The translations under genes and the position numbers were made by a program. From assembly GCA_040905425.1 (NCBI GenBank), contig JBBDRO010000106.1, positions 5,717-69,716 on the forward strand: 64,000 bases of DNA. Direction: 5' to 3'. The DNA is from Gemmatimonadota bacterium. Its GTDB lineage: Bacteria > Gemmatimonadota > Gemmatimonadetes > Longimicrobiales > RSA9. Shown in pieces: positions 30,589 to 40,522 of this stretch (within the stretch, counting starts at the first letter, position 1; each line of letters opens with the position of its first letter). The notes under the pieces are model-generated. The model was given only the letters and a program-made list of their open reading frames with translations, made no database searches and was not told where the DNA came from.

Positions 30589-31496
30589 CGGTCACCGGGC
30601 TGGATCCGGAAGCGCACCACGTACGCCTCATCGAACTCCCCACGCACCGTGGCCCAGACATCCCGGTCCACCACGTCGTAGAAGTAGGCGTTCGCCGGCA
30701 GGACCACGGTCCCCAGGAAGGTGCCGGTCGGCTCGAACACGTTCCAGGTCGGCTGTTCGCGCCACTCGTGGGGGGGCGCTCCGCTCGCGGGTGGCGGGCC
30801 GGTGCGCGGCCGGTGCACCGCCTCCACGTAGCGGCGTACCCAGATCCGTCCGCCGGCATCGGTGCGCAGGGTGCTGAAGGCCGGCTTCGTGTCCGGCACC
30901 GAATAGCTGCGGTCGCCGCTCCCGGCGCGCGCGAAGAACTCCGCCCAGGCCTCCCACTCCGCGTGCTCCGGTCCGCGCACGGGCAGGGGTGTGAAGGGCC
31001 GCTCGATGCGCAGCGCCGGCTCCTCGGTCCGCCGCAGCTCGAAGGCGTACGTGCGGTTGTGGCCGACCACCAGGTATCCGAGCGGGCTCAACGTGGTGAC
31101 CAACTGCCTCGTGAAGGGCCGATCGTAGCCCGAGGCGGTGCTCAGCACGAAGGAGGGCGGAGTGCTCGGCTCCTCCGGGATCGGCAACCAATCGAGTACC
31201 TCACCCCCGGCGGAGAGGCGGATCCATACCTCCCCGTGGCGTTCGCGCGGATCGTCGGCGCCGTCCATTGTGCCGATGCGCACCTCCTCCACCAGCCGCG
31301 GCGCCGGCCCCCAGACGGGAGCGTTCGTGGCGCGCACGACCTGCGGCTGCTGCGCGGCGGCCGGAAGGGCGGTGGCACCCAGGACCAGAACCAGGGCCAT
31401 TGCCGCGCACCGCCGGGTGGGCGCGGCGCTGGAGGGCGCAGCGCTGAAGAACGTGGTGCTCGCCCTGGCATCCTGGACGCCGACCGCGCGGCTCAC
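30585..31496 (-). CDS. Beta-propeller paralog with an apparent internal in-frame deletion (alternative start 31400)
   Basis: Family N-terminus (EEVRIGTMDG) and C-terminus (GEFDEAYVVRF) present; GxGPGEF blades missing. Confidence 0.65.
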   Translation of the reverse strand: MSRAVGVQDARASTTFFSAAPSSAAPTRRCAAMALVLVLGATALPAAAQQPQVVRATNAPVWGPAPRLVEEVRIGTMDGADDPRERHGEVWIRLSAGGEVLDWLPIPEEPSTPPSFVLSTASGYDRPFTRQLVTTLSPLGYLVVGHNRTYAFELRRTEEPALRIERPFTPLPVRGPEHAEWEAWAEFFARAGSGDRSYSVPDTKPAFSTLRTDAGGRIWVRRYVEAVHRPRTGPPPASGAPPHEWREQPTWNVFEPTGTFLGTVVLPANAYFYDVVDRDVWATVRGEFDEAYVVRFRIQPGDR

Positions 31497-34400
31497 GGGA
31501 TGCCGCCGGTGCGCGTCGGCGGCGTGACGGGCGGCCCCGGATCCGGCCGCAGCCCCGCCACGTAGACCTGGGCATAGACCGCCGGCGCGCGCGTGGTGAT
31601 CCACTCGTTCAGCTCGGCCACCAGCCCGGGCGCCTCCTCCCAGGCCTCCTCGATGGCGTGGAGCTGGTCGGCGGTCGGCGGATTGTGCACGCCCTCGATG
31701 CCGAACATGAGCCGGGTGGCACCCGTGAGGGTGCCCATCCGCTGGCGCAGCTCGTTGAAGTCCGCGCGCGCGACCGTGACCTCCTGGCGCAGCGCGGCGG
31801 GGCCGTCCTCCACGTGCTCCGCCGCGGCCTGCAGCTGCTCGGCCAGGCGACTGACGGCCTGCCCGGCCAGGTAGGCGCTCTCCTGCAGCGCGTAGACGTC
31901 CATGGCCGCGCGGTGGCGCGCCATGAGGTCGGCCTCCGTGATGCGGGCGCGCGGATCCAGGCGCACCTCGAAGCGCTGCTCCTCAGCGCTGATGCCGGGC
32001 CCCTCCAGCCGCGCCACGTAGGTGCCGGGCAGCACCTTCGGACCCGCCGCGCCGCCGCCGAAGCCGCCGCCGTCCTGGCCTTCCTCCGGCTCCACGGCGG
32101 GCGCCATGCGCAGGTCCCAGAAGACCTCGTGCATGCCGGGCGTGCCCGGCACGTCCAGCGTCCGCAGCGTGGCGCCGGATGCGTCGGCGATCACCAGCCG
32201 CAGCTCCGGCTCCTGGTCGTCGCTGTCCGCCGCCACCACGGCGTCCCCGCCCACGTGGTAGCGGATGCGTGCCCCGGTGGGCGGGTCGGGCAGTCCGAAC
32301 GTGCCCGGCTCCCAGCCCTGCGGGGACCAGATGGTCCAGTCGGTGGCCCGCGGCACGGGGAAGAGATGCCCCGCCTTGGCCAGCGTGGCCTGGCTCATCT
32401 GCTCCAGCGGTGAGACGTCGTGCAGGATCCAGATGCCGCGCCCGTGCGTGCCCAGGATGAGGTCGTTCTCGCGCGGGTGCAGCACGATGTCGTCCACGGG
32501 CACGGTGGGCAGGCCCGCCTCCAGCTCCTGCCAGTTGCGGCCGCGGTCGATGGAGAACCAGAGCCCCGCTTCGTTGCCCGCGAAGAGCAGGTTCGGCGCA
32601 CGCGGGTGCTCCAGGAAACCGTTCACCGATTCCATGGGCAGGCCGTTGGTAATGCGCGTCCAGCGCGCGCCGAAGTCCTCGGTGACGAAGACGTAGGGGT
32701 TGTAGTCATCCTGGTAGTGGCCGTCCAGCGTGACGTATGCCCGGCTCGGCGCGGCGGCGGAGGCGCGCACCCGCGTAACGTAAATGAGCGCCGGCACGCC
32801 CGGCAGGTTGTCCGTGACGTTCGTCCAGGTGGTCCCGCCGTCGCGCGTCACCTGCACGTTGCCGTCATCCGTGCCCACCCAGATGATGTCCGCATCCGAT
32901 GGTGATTCGGACAGCGTGGTGATGCTGCCGTAGTACGAGATCCCGTCGTTGCGCGAGAGCGTGGCGCCGGTCACACGCTCACCCATGATGGTCATCGTGT
33001 CCCTGTCCACGCGGGCCGTGAGATCCGGGCTGATGGCATACCAGCTCTGGCCGCGGTCCTGGGAGCGGAGGAGGTAGTTAGAGCCCGTGAAGATGGTGGC
33101 CGGATCGTGGTCGGAGATGCGCAGCGGCGTATTCCAGTTCCACTGCAGGCGGGTGTCCTCCTCGATGCCGTTGCCGGGGCGGGCGTCCGGCCGGATGCTC
33201 AGGCGCTCACCCGTGACCAGGTCCACGCGGCTGATGTTGCCGTTCTGCGACTCGGCGTAGGCCGTGCGCCAGTCCGTGGGATCCACCGTGGCGTAGAAGC
33301 CGTCGCCACCGTGGATGTTGAACCAGTGCTGGTTGCGGATGCCGTTCCGGTTCCAGACCGCCGTGGGGCCGCACCACGTGCCGTTGTCCTGCAGGCCGGT
33401 GCACACGTAGTAGGGGTCGCGCATGTCGTAGCCCACCTCGTAGGACTGCGCCAGCACGATGTTGTCATACATACGCCAGCTCTCCGCCCGGTCGAAGGAG
33501 ACCGAGACGCCGCCGTCGCTGCCCATGATGAGGTGGTTGGAATTGTTCGGGTCGACCCAGAGGGCGTGGTGATCGGAGTGCACCTCGCGGGCGTCGCTGC
33601 GGAATTCGTAGCCGCCGTCATCGGAGATCATGAGTTGCACGCCGCCCAGGTAGACGCGTTCGGCGTCGTTCGGGTCGATGACCAGTTTGACGAAGTACAT
33701 GGGCCGGGGGTTGGTGGTGCTCATGTGCTCCCACGTCTCGCCTCGGTCCCTGGAGCGGTAGATGCCCGACGCCTCACGCCCGCCCCCCTCCACGCGGATC
33801 ACCACGTAGTTCGGATCCTGGCGCCAGATGTCAATGCCGATGCGCCCCAGGTCTCCTTCCGGAAGGCCCTCGGTCAGCCGGGTCCAGCTGCGGCCGCAGT
33901 CCACCGTGCGGTACAGCCCGCTGCCCGCACCCGCGGCGCTGAAGCCGAAGGCCGTGCGCTGCCGCTGGTAGGCCGCCGCGAAGACGGTGCACGGATCGGC
34001 ATGGTGCATGGCCAGGTCCGTCACACCCGTGTGCTCGTCGATGAAGAGCACCTTCTCCCAGTTCGCGCCGCCGTCGGTGGTCTTGTAGACGCCGCGCTCC
34101 TCGTTCGGCCCCCACAGATGCCCGACGGCCGCCACGTAGGCCACGTCGGGATCGGTCGGATGCACCTCGATCTCGCCGATGTGGCGAGTGGCCTCGAGAC
34201 CCAGGTCCTGCCAGGTGCGGCCGCCGTCCACGCTGCGGAAGACGCCCGCCCCGTAGGGGGAGCTCTGCCGGTTCTGCGGCTCGCCCGTGCCTACCCACAG
34301 CACGTTTGGATTGGAGGGTGCCAGCGCCAGCGCGCCGATCGACGCGGTGCGCTGGTCATCGAAGATCGGCTGGAAGGAAGCCCCGTGGTTCGTGGTCTTC

Positions 34401-34630
34401 CACAGGCCGCCCGTGGCCGCCCCCACGTAGAAGGTGGCCGGGTTCGCCTCGTCCACGGCCAGGTCGGCAATGCGCCCGCCCATCGTGGCGGGGCCAACCT
34501 GGCGGAATTCCAGCCCCGCGAGGGAGCGCTCCGGAATGGCCTCCTGGGCCGCCACGGCGGCCGGAAGTGTGAGGAGCACGGCAGTGGCCAGATCGAGCCA
34601 GCGGCGGTCAGCTACGAGTGCGCGGCGCAT
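31493..34630 (-). CDS. VPS10/sortilin-like BNR-repeat beta-propeller protein
   Basis: GPATMGGRIAD, repeated SxDGGxTW Asp-boxes, HSDHHALW, GTHGRGIW. Confidence 0.9.
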   Translation of the reverse strand: MRRALVADRRWLDLATAVLLTLPAAVAAQEAIPERSLAGLEFRQVGPATMGGRIADLAVDEANPATFYVGAATGGLWKTTNHGASFQPIFDDQRTASIGALALAPSNPNVLWVGTGEPQNRQSSPYGAGVFRSVDGGRTWQDLGLEATRHIGEIEVHPTDPDVAYVAAVGHLWGPNEERGVYKTTDGGANWEKVLFIDEHTGVTDLAMHHADPCTVFAAAYQRQRTAFGFSAAGAGSGLYRTVDCGRSWTRLTEGLPEGDLGRIGIDIWRQDPNYVVIRVEGGGREASGIYRSRDRGETWEHMSTTNPRPMYFVKLVIDPNDAERVYLGGVQLMISDDGGYEFRSDAREVHSDHHALWVDPNNSNHLIMGSDGGVSVSFDRAESWRMYDNIVLAQSYEVGYDMRDPYYVCTGLQDNGTWCGPTAVWNRNGIRNQHWFNIHGGDGFYATVDPTDWRTAYAESQNGNISRVDLVTGERLSIRPDARPGNGIEEDTRLQWNWNTPLRISDHDPATIFTGSNYLLRSQDRGQSWYAISPDLTARVDRDTMTIMGERVTGATLSRNDGISYYGSITTLSESPSDADIIWVGTDDGNVQVTRDGGTTWTNVTDNLPGVPALIYVTRVRASAAAPSRAYVTLDGHYQDDYNPYVFVTEDFGARWTRITNGLPMESVNGFLEHPRAPNLLFAGNEAGLWFSIDRGRNWQELEAGLPTVPVDDIVLHPRENDLILGTHGRGIWILHDVSPLEQMSQATLAKAGHLFPVPRATDWTIWSPQGWEPGTFGLPDPPTGARIRYHVGGDAVVAADSDDQEPELRLVIADASGATLRTLDVPGTPGMHEVFWDLRMAPAVEPEEGQDGGGFGGGAAGPKVLPGTYVARLEGPGISAEEQRFEVRLDPRARITEADLMARHRAAMDVYALQESAYLAGQAVSRLAEQLQAAAEHVEDGPAALRQEVTVARADFNELRQRMGTLTGATRLMFGIEGVHNPPTADQLHAIEEAWEEAPGLVAELNEWITTRAPAVYAQVYVAGLRPDPGPPVTPPTRTGGIP

Positions 34631-34759
34631 GGGAGCCCTCCTGCGGCGTGGGATCGAGTTGTGAGCGGCAGTGTCGTGGAAGGACTAATTTCGGACGCGA
34701 GGGTCCGTGGCGCAACGAACCAGGGCACGGCTGAGAATGATCAAGGAGCACTGAACGCA

Positions 34760-35425
34760 GTGAAGCAACGTGAGCGCCTGGCCGAAGCCACGGCCCCCGA
34801 CGGCACCGTGCTGACCCTCTGGTGGCACGACGGCGCCTACGCCATACATGCCGGCACCGCCGAACTCATGTCCACCCGTCGCTTCCACTCGGAGGAACAG
34901 CTGGCGGAGGTGGCCTGCGGTCCGTTGCAGGCTGTCAGCCACGCACGGGTGCTGATCGGCGGCCTGGGCCTGGGCTTCACGCTCCGCGCCGCGCTCCGCG
35001 TGCTGGCCACCGACGCCCGGGTGATGGTGGTGGAGATCGTCCCTGAGATCATCGCGTGGAATCGGCACCCGGATTACGCGCTCGGGCGGGACGCGCTCGA
35101 GGATCCCCGCGTGGAAACGGTGCAGGATGACGTGACCAACGTGCTGCGCACCAATCCCGGCGCCTACGACGCCATCCTGCTCGACGTGGACAACGGCGCC
35201 GAGGCGCTTACGACGGCGGGCAATGCGGTGCTCTATTCAGCCCGCGGCGTACGCATGACGGTGCGGGCGCTGCGCCCTGCCGGCCGGGTGGCCTACTGGT
35301 CCACGGACCGGAACCCGCGCTTCGCCGCCGTGCTGCGCGCCGCCGGGCTGAGCGTGGAGACGCTCGAGGCACGGGCCCACACCACGTCCGGAGGACCGCA
35401 CACGCTGCTCGTGGGCCAGGCCTGA
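34760..35425 (+). CDS. Spermidine-synthase-like SAM-dependent transferase
   Basis: ELMSTR, VLIGGLGLGFTL, DAILLDVDNG; aaggag RBS and GTG start. Confidence 0.82.
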   Translation: MKQRERLAEATAPDGTVLTLWWHDGAYAIHAGTAELMSTRRFHSEEQLAEVACGPLQAVSHARVLIGGLGLGFTLRAALRVLATDARVMVVEIVPEIIAWNRHPDYALGRDALEDPRVETVQDDVTNVLRTNPGAYDAILLDVDNGAEALTTAGNAVLYSARGVRMTVRALRPAGRVAYWSTDRNPRFAAVLRAAGLSVETLEARAHTTSGGPHTLLVGQA

Positions 35426-35433
35426 GCCGGGTA

Positions 35434-36828
35434 TCATCCCCCGCCGGCAGCCTCCCCCGATGGCAGCACGACCACCCCGATCCCCTCATCGGCGCGCCAC
35501 TCGATCGCAGTCCCGAACGGGCGCGAGCGCTCCACCAGGTCACCGATGATCTTGGCACCCAGCTCCCGGTCGGCCAGCAGCGGGCGCCCGCGCACCGTGC
35601 GCGGCTCGCCGTAGCCCAGCGTGATGGGGTGCAGCTCGAGGGACACGAGCCGCTCCCCCTCCCAGGTGGGCAGCGCCACCACCGCCTCCCAGATCTCCCG
35701 GTCCGTCGGGAAGCCACGCGTGTCGTCACGGTAGCGGGCGGCGTTGAAATCCCCCACGAATGCGTCCTCAGGCAGATCGTAGGGCGCGTAGTTGTCGGCC
35801 GGCAGGCGGAGCAGCGTCTCGTTCTGGAAGATGAAGTCGCCCAGCGAGTAGAGGATGGGCTTGCCCCGGTAGATCTCGATGCCGCGCAGCACGTGCGGGC
35901 CGTGGCCCACAAAGACGTCCGCGCCGGCGTCGATCATGGCGCGCGCGAAGGTGACGAGGAACTCGGCGGGGGTGGAGCGGCCACCGTCGCCTCCCTCATG
36001 GGCATGAATGGTGACGATGACGTAGTCCGCCAGCATGGCGGCGTTGCGCACCACGGCGCCGATGGCCGCCACGTCCTCCGGGTCGGGCTCCGTGTCACGG
36101 CCGTCCTGGTCCGCGGCCACCAGCGTGGTGCCGAAGACGCTCAGCTGATGGCCCGAGTCGGGGACGCGCTGGCCAATGTCCCGCAGCGCCGTGCGCAGCG
36201 TCTCCAGCTTCTCCCGCTCGATCGTGCGGGTGGTCCGGTAGCGCAGGGGGTTCAGCCCCGGACGGCCGCGCACCGCGCCCCGCGCCGGCCCGGCCGCGGA
36301 GTGGTCCGGGAAGGTGGAGGCCACGCTGATGAGGGCCACGCGCCCGTCCTGCGTGTCCAGGAAATGGGCCTCACGCGCCTCGGTCAGGTTCTCACCCGCG
36401 CCGGCGGCCACCAGCCCCGCCTCGGCCGCGTACTTCCGAGTGAGACGCATGCCGTCGGGTCCGTAATCGCCGGTGTGGTTGTTGGCCAGTGAGACCAGAT
36501 CGATGCCCGCCCACGTCAGCTCGTGGGCCAGCGCCGGCTCGGCGCGCATGTAGGTGCCGCCGCTCTGGTGCGCCGGGTAGGGCTCGTAGTCGTGGAAGAG
36601 CATCTCCAGGTTGGTGAACGCCGCGTCGGCGCCCCGGAGCAACTCGATCATGTCCAGGAACGCCGGCTCCTTGAAGGGGGAGAGGCGGCGCGTGATGATG
36701 GCGTCGCCGGTGAGGGCCAGGGTGAAGCGACCGTCGCCTGACAGAGCGCCTGACGGGTCCTGCGCCATGGCCGGTAGCGGCAGCAGCACGGTCAGCGTCA
36801 CCAGGACGAGAGGGAGGCGCGTGCGCAT
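35434..36828 (-). CDS. CapA (PGA_cap) family metallophosphoesterase-like protein
   Basis: GD, NLE, LANNH, IHAHE, GHGPH, YSLGDF. Confidence 0.88.
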   Translation of the reverse strand: MRTRLPLVLVTLTVLLPLPAMAQDPSGALSGDGRFTLALTGDAIITRRLSPFKEPAFLDMIELLRGADAAFTNLEMLFHDYEPYPAHQSGGTYMRAEPALAHELTWAGIDLVSLANNHTGDYGPDGMRLTRKYAAEAGLVAAGAGENLTEAREAHFLDTQDGRVALISVASTFPDHSAAGPARGAVRGRPGLNPLRYRTTRTIEREKLETLRTALRDIGQRVPDSGHQLSVFGTTLVAADQDGRDTEPDPEDVAAIGAVVRNAAMLADYVIVTIHAHEGGDGGRSTPAEFLVTFARAMIDAGADVFVGHGPHVLRGIEIYRGKPILYSLGDFIFQNETLLRLPADNYAPYDLPEDAFVGDFNAARYRDDTRGFPTDREIWEAVVALPTWEGERLVSLELHPITLGYGEPRTVRGRPLLADRELGAKIIGDLVERSRPFGTAIEWRADEGIGVVVLPSGEAAGGG

Positions 36829-37018
36829 GATGCGGCTCCTGGCTGGAGGGGAAAGGGCCGCCGTGGGGCGACCCCCTCATGCTACGGCGCGGTGCGTTCC
36901 ACGTCGAGGGGTGCGCCCGGGCTGGCCGGTTCGCTGCCCGTTGCCTATGCTTCGGCGTTCATCCCCGCGGCGGCCTCCCTCGCCCGAGCGTACCGCACGC
37001 CCATGGTAGGAGGCACGC

Positions 37019-38974
37019 ATGCACACCCTCCCGCGACCCGCCGCGTCCCGCACGGCGCTGACGCTCACCTTCATGGCCACCGCCTGGCTGGCCGGCCTCG
37101 CCTGTCCCCGCGCGGTGGCCGCCCAGGAGAGCAGCTACGACGCCCTGGTGGAGATTGCCATCATCGAGGAGCTGGTGATGATGCCCATGCGCGACGGCGT
37201 GCGCCTGGCCACCAACATCTACCGGCCCAAGAGCTCGGCGTCGGTGCCGGCACCCACGATCTTCGTGCGCACGCCCTACAACATGAACATGTGGCGCGAC
37301 GGCGAGCATTCCACCGGCCGCTACGGCGCCATCCTGGACGCGGTGCGGCGCGGCTACGTCTACGTGAACCAGAACGAGCGCGGCCGCTTCTACTCCGACG
37401 GGGAGTGGGACATCCTGGGACCGCCCCTCACGGACGGCTACGACGCCCTCAGCTGGATCGCGGACCAGCCCTGGTCGAACGGCAGGGTGGGGACCTACGG
37501 CTGCTCGTCCACCGCGGAGTGGCAGATGGGCCTGGCCGCCCTGGACCATCCGGCCCACGCCGCCATGGTCCCCCAGGGCTTCGGCGCCGGTGTGGGCCGG
37601 GTCGGGGACTGGTACGAGCAGGGCAACTGGTACCGCGGCGGCGCCGAGCAGATGCTCTTCTTCACCTGGCTCTACGGCGTTCAGAACACGCAGCGTCCCC
37701 GCGTCGACCGGGACACGCCGCGTGAGGACCTGGTGCGGCTCTCCCGCTACTTCGACCTGGCCCCCGAGATGCCCGGCGTGGACTGGCCGGAGGCGCTCTG
37801 GCACCTGCCCGTCGAGGATCTCATGCGCAGCGTGGACGGGCCGCAGGGGATCTTCGCCGATCCCGCGCCCGTGGCCACCGGCGGGCGCATGATCCAGCGC
37901 ACGCCGAACGATCCGGCGTGGTACCGGGGTGGCCTCTACCACGACGACATGCCCTTCGGCGTTCCCGCCCTGTGGTTCATGTCCTGGTACGACGTCTCGG
38001 TGGGTCCCAACCTGGCGCTCTTCAACCACGTGCGGGAGAACGGCATCGACGCCGAGACCCGTGCGAACCAGTTCGCGGTGGTGGCGCCCGTGGCCCACTG
38101 CGCCTACACCCGCGCCAGCCAGAACACGATGGTGGGGGAGCGGAGCGTGGGCGATGCCCGGTGGGCCTACGACGAGCTGATCTACGCCTGGTGGGACCGC
38201 TGGTTGAAGGGTGTCGAAAACCAGGTCACCGACACGCTGCCGGCGGTGCGCTACTACACCATGGGCTCCAACGAATGGCAGACCGCCACGGCTTGGCCGC
38301 CGCCAGCCGCGGAGATGGTCACCTATTATCTGGATTCCACCAGCGGCGCCAACACGCTCCGAGGCGACGGCGCGCTACGCACGAGCATGCCCGGGGCGGC
38401 CGGCTTCGACGCGTTCACCTACGATCCCGCCGACCCCGTCCTCTCGCACGGCGGCAACGTGTGCTGCATCGGCGGCGCCATCCAGGCGGGCGCCTTCGAC
38501 CAGCAGGCGGTGGAGGCGGAGCGCGAGGACATCCTGGTCTACACCACGGAGCCCTTCACGGAGGGCACGGAGGTGAGCGGGCCCGTGGAGGTGCTGCTCT
38601 ACGTGTCCTCGGACGCCAGGGACACGGACTTCACCGTCAAGCTGCTGGACGTGGATCCCGACGGGCGCGCCTACAACTTGGACGAGAGCATCCAGCGGGC
38701 GCGCTGGCGCGAGGGCTACGAAGGGGATCCCGTTTTCATGGAGCCGGGGCAGGTCTACCAGGTGAAGGTGGGGCCGCTGACCACCTCGAACCGCTTCCTG
38801 CCCGGCCACCGGCTGCGCATCGAGGTGTCCAGCTCCAACTTCCCGCGCTTCACGCGCAACCTGAACACGGGCGGCAACAACTACGACGAGACCGAGATGC
38901 GGGTGGCGCGCAACCGGGTGCACCACTCGCGCGAGCACCCCTCGCAGGTGCGGGTGCCGGTGGTGCGGCGCTGA
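37019..38974 (+). CDS. CocE/NonD-family hydrolase
   Basis: [38 protein letters not shown]. Confidence 0.9.
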   Translation: MHTLPRPAASRTALTLTFMATAWLAGLACPRAVAAQESSYDALVEIAIIEELVMMPMRDGVRLATNIYRPKSSASVPAPTIFVRTPYNMNMWRDGEHSTGRYGAILDAVRRGYVYVNQNERGRFYSDGEWDILGPPLTDGYDALSWIADQPWSNGRVGTYGCSSTAEWQMGLAALDHPAHAAMVPQGFGAGVGRVGDWYEQGNWYRGGAEQMLFFTWLYGVQNTQRPRVDRDTPREDLVRLSRYFDLAPEMPGVDWPEALWHLPVEDLMRSVDGPQGIFADPAPVATGGRMIQRTPNDPAWYRGGLYHDDMPFGVPALWFMSWYDVSVGPNLALFNHVRENGIDAETRANQFAVVAPVAHCAYTRASQNTMVGERSVGDARWAYDELIYAWWDRWLKGVENQVTDTLPAVRYYTMGSNEWQTATAWPPPAAEMVTYYLDSTSGANTLRGDGALRTSMPGAAGFDAFTYDPADPVLSHGGNVCCIGGAIQAGAFDQQAVEAEREDILVYTTEPFTEGTEVSGPVEVLLYVSSDARDTDFTVKLLDVDPDGRAYNLDESIQRARWREGYEGDPVFMEPGQVYQVKVGPLTTSNRFLPGHRLRIEVSSSNFPRFTRNLNTGGNNYDETEMRVARNRVHHSREHPSQVRVPVVRR

Positions 38975-39228
38975 GGGGGCGGCGGCGCCGAAGCCCATGC
39001 CCGGCCAGCCCGCCCCCGGGCGGCGATCCCAACCGGCCGGCCGGCGGGCCAGTTCGCCGGCTGCGGTGGTAGAAGCGCTCGGCCTTGCCGTTTCAGAACG
39101 CTCGGGCCAAAGGGCTGCATACCCAAACGTATGCAGCAGAAATGATTGTTTGCTGGCGGTGTAAGATGCTGCGTGGTAGGTGTTTGCGACATTCCGCTCA
39201 GGCGAGAATCCTCAAACTTCACCCACAC

Positions 39229-39246
39229 AATATTCTATAGAATATT
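39229..39246. other. Perfect 18-bp AT-rich palindrome
   Basis: AATATTCTATAGAATATT equals its own reverse complement. Confidence 0.9.
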
Positions 39247-39355
39247 TTGGCTCAACCATGCGCCGCCGGGGCCGAATCTGTAGAGCGCCTCGGAGCCCCA
39301 TACTTGCCTCCCGTGGTCAGACCCGCCCAATCGTTGGCGGGGCCGGCGCCGTACA

Positions 39356-40519
39356 TCACCGTTTAAAGAGCGGATAGGCGCGCACGTACTCCACGTCCAT
39401 CTCGTCGCGCCACACCCCCAGCACGGCGGCCGTATCGATTGCGTGGACGGTGAGCCCCGCCGGCGTCTCCGCCACGCCCGCGAACGCGCCGTCCGGGTCG
39501 AAGACCCACCAGCGCACAGACCCCTCTTCCGGCTGGGCGTAGGGGCGGAGCCACAGGTGTCCCGCGGTGTCCACGCGGAGCGCCGAGAGCACCGGCTTGG
39601 TGTCGGGAAACGGCACCGCGTCCAGGCGAGGCAGGATCTCCTGCTCCAGCAGGGACGGCGGTACGCCGCTGATGTAACGCGCCCGGATGCTGTCCACGTC
39701 GGTGGCGTCCACCGGCTGGCCGACGGCGCCGCAACGGATGATGCGCTGCAGGCGGCCGCGCAAATTGTAGGACCGGACTTCGCAGGCGCTCGTGTCGGCA
39801 ACATGGATGTTGGAATCGGTGAGCGTGTACAGGGCGGTCCGGCCGAATGGGCGGGTCAGCCCGTCGAACGTCTCCAGTCGGGGGATGCGGATCAGCGTGT
39901 CCCGCGTGCCGCCGGTGCCGAAGCGGACCAGCACGGAGGTGTCGCGGCGCAGCACCCGCGCCCCCGGCGCAACGTCGGCCGGTTTCCGTAACGAATAGAC
40001 CAGCTCGGTGCCGAAGCAGCCCGCCACCGGCGGCAGCGACCCGCGATCCATCGGCGGCGCTTCAGCCGACTCGCGAAAAGCGCCATCTGCATTCAGCCGC
40101 GAGACCCGCGGGATCTGCAGGTCCTCGGCGATGAGCCCCGAACCGCACGTACGTACGGAGCGTAGCCGCCGGAATTCGCCCGGCCCGTCACCCTCGCCGC
40201 CCGCCGTGTGCAGGTGCCGCCCCGCGTCGTCGAAGAAGCGTAGTTCCGCGCCCTGAGCAATCAGCAGCCGCCCATCTGGCAGCCGGAGTACGCTGCGCAC
40301 GCCGTCGAGCTGGTAGGCCGCCTCTCCGTCGATGGCGCCTATGGTAAGCGACGGCGTCGCATCCGCGCGCCACCGCACCTCCCCGTTCGCGGCGGGCGCC
40401 GGGTTCTGCACGATGCGGATGCCAGCGCTGTCGCGGACGGTGACGCCGCCTTGACCGACGTCGGTGCCGCATGCTGCTGCCGTGAAGAGGAGGAGCAACC
40501 CCGTTACCCGTACGTGCAT
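39356..40519 (-). CDS. 6-bladed beta-propeller lipoprotein
   Basis: AAAC lipobox, RDSAGIRIVQN, GGEGDGPGEF, RDEMDVEYVRAY. Confidence 0.85.
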   Translation of the reverse strand: MHVRVTGLLLLFTAAACGTDVGQGGVTVRDSAGIRIVQNPAPAANGEVRWRADATPSLTIGAIDGEAAYQLDGVRSVLRLPDGRLLIAQGAELRFFDDAGRHLHTAGGEGDGPGEFRRLRSVRTCGSGLIAEDLQIPRVSRLNADGAFRESAEAPPMDRGSLPPVAGCFGTELVYSLRKPADVAPGARVLRRDTSVLVRFGTGGTRDTLIRIPRLETFDGLTRPFGRTALYTLTDSNIHVADTSACEVRSYNLRGRLQRIIRCGAVGQPVDATDVDSIRARYISGVPPSLLEQEILPRLDAVPFPDTKPVLSALRVDTAGHLWLRPYAQPEEGSVRWWVFDPDGAFAGVAETPAGLTVHAIDTAAVLGVWRDEMDVEYVRAYPLFKR

Positions 40520-40522
40520 TCG

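Noticed and set aside
33107..34759. N-terminal 551 codons of the 772-aa ORF, suggesting a large fusion to the spermidine-synthase-like domain
   Set aside because: Antisense to the VPS10-like gene; the real start is the GTG at 34760 with its own RBS
35434..36828. Poly-gamma-glutamate capsule locus
   Set aside because: Only a CapA-family gene is present, without capB/capC; stand-alone CapA homologues are common
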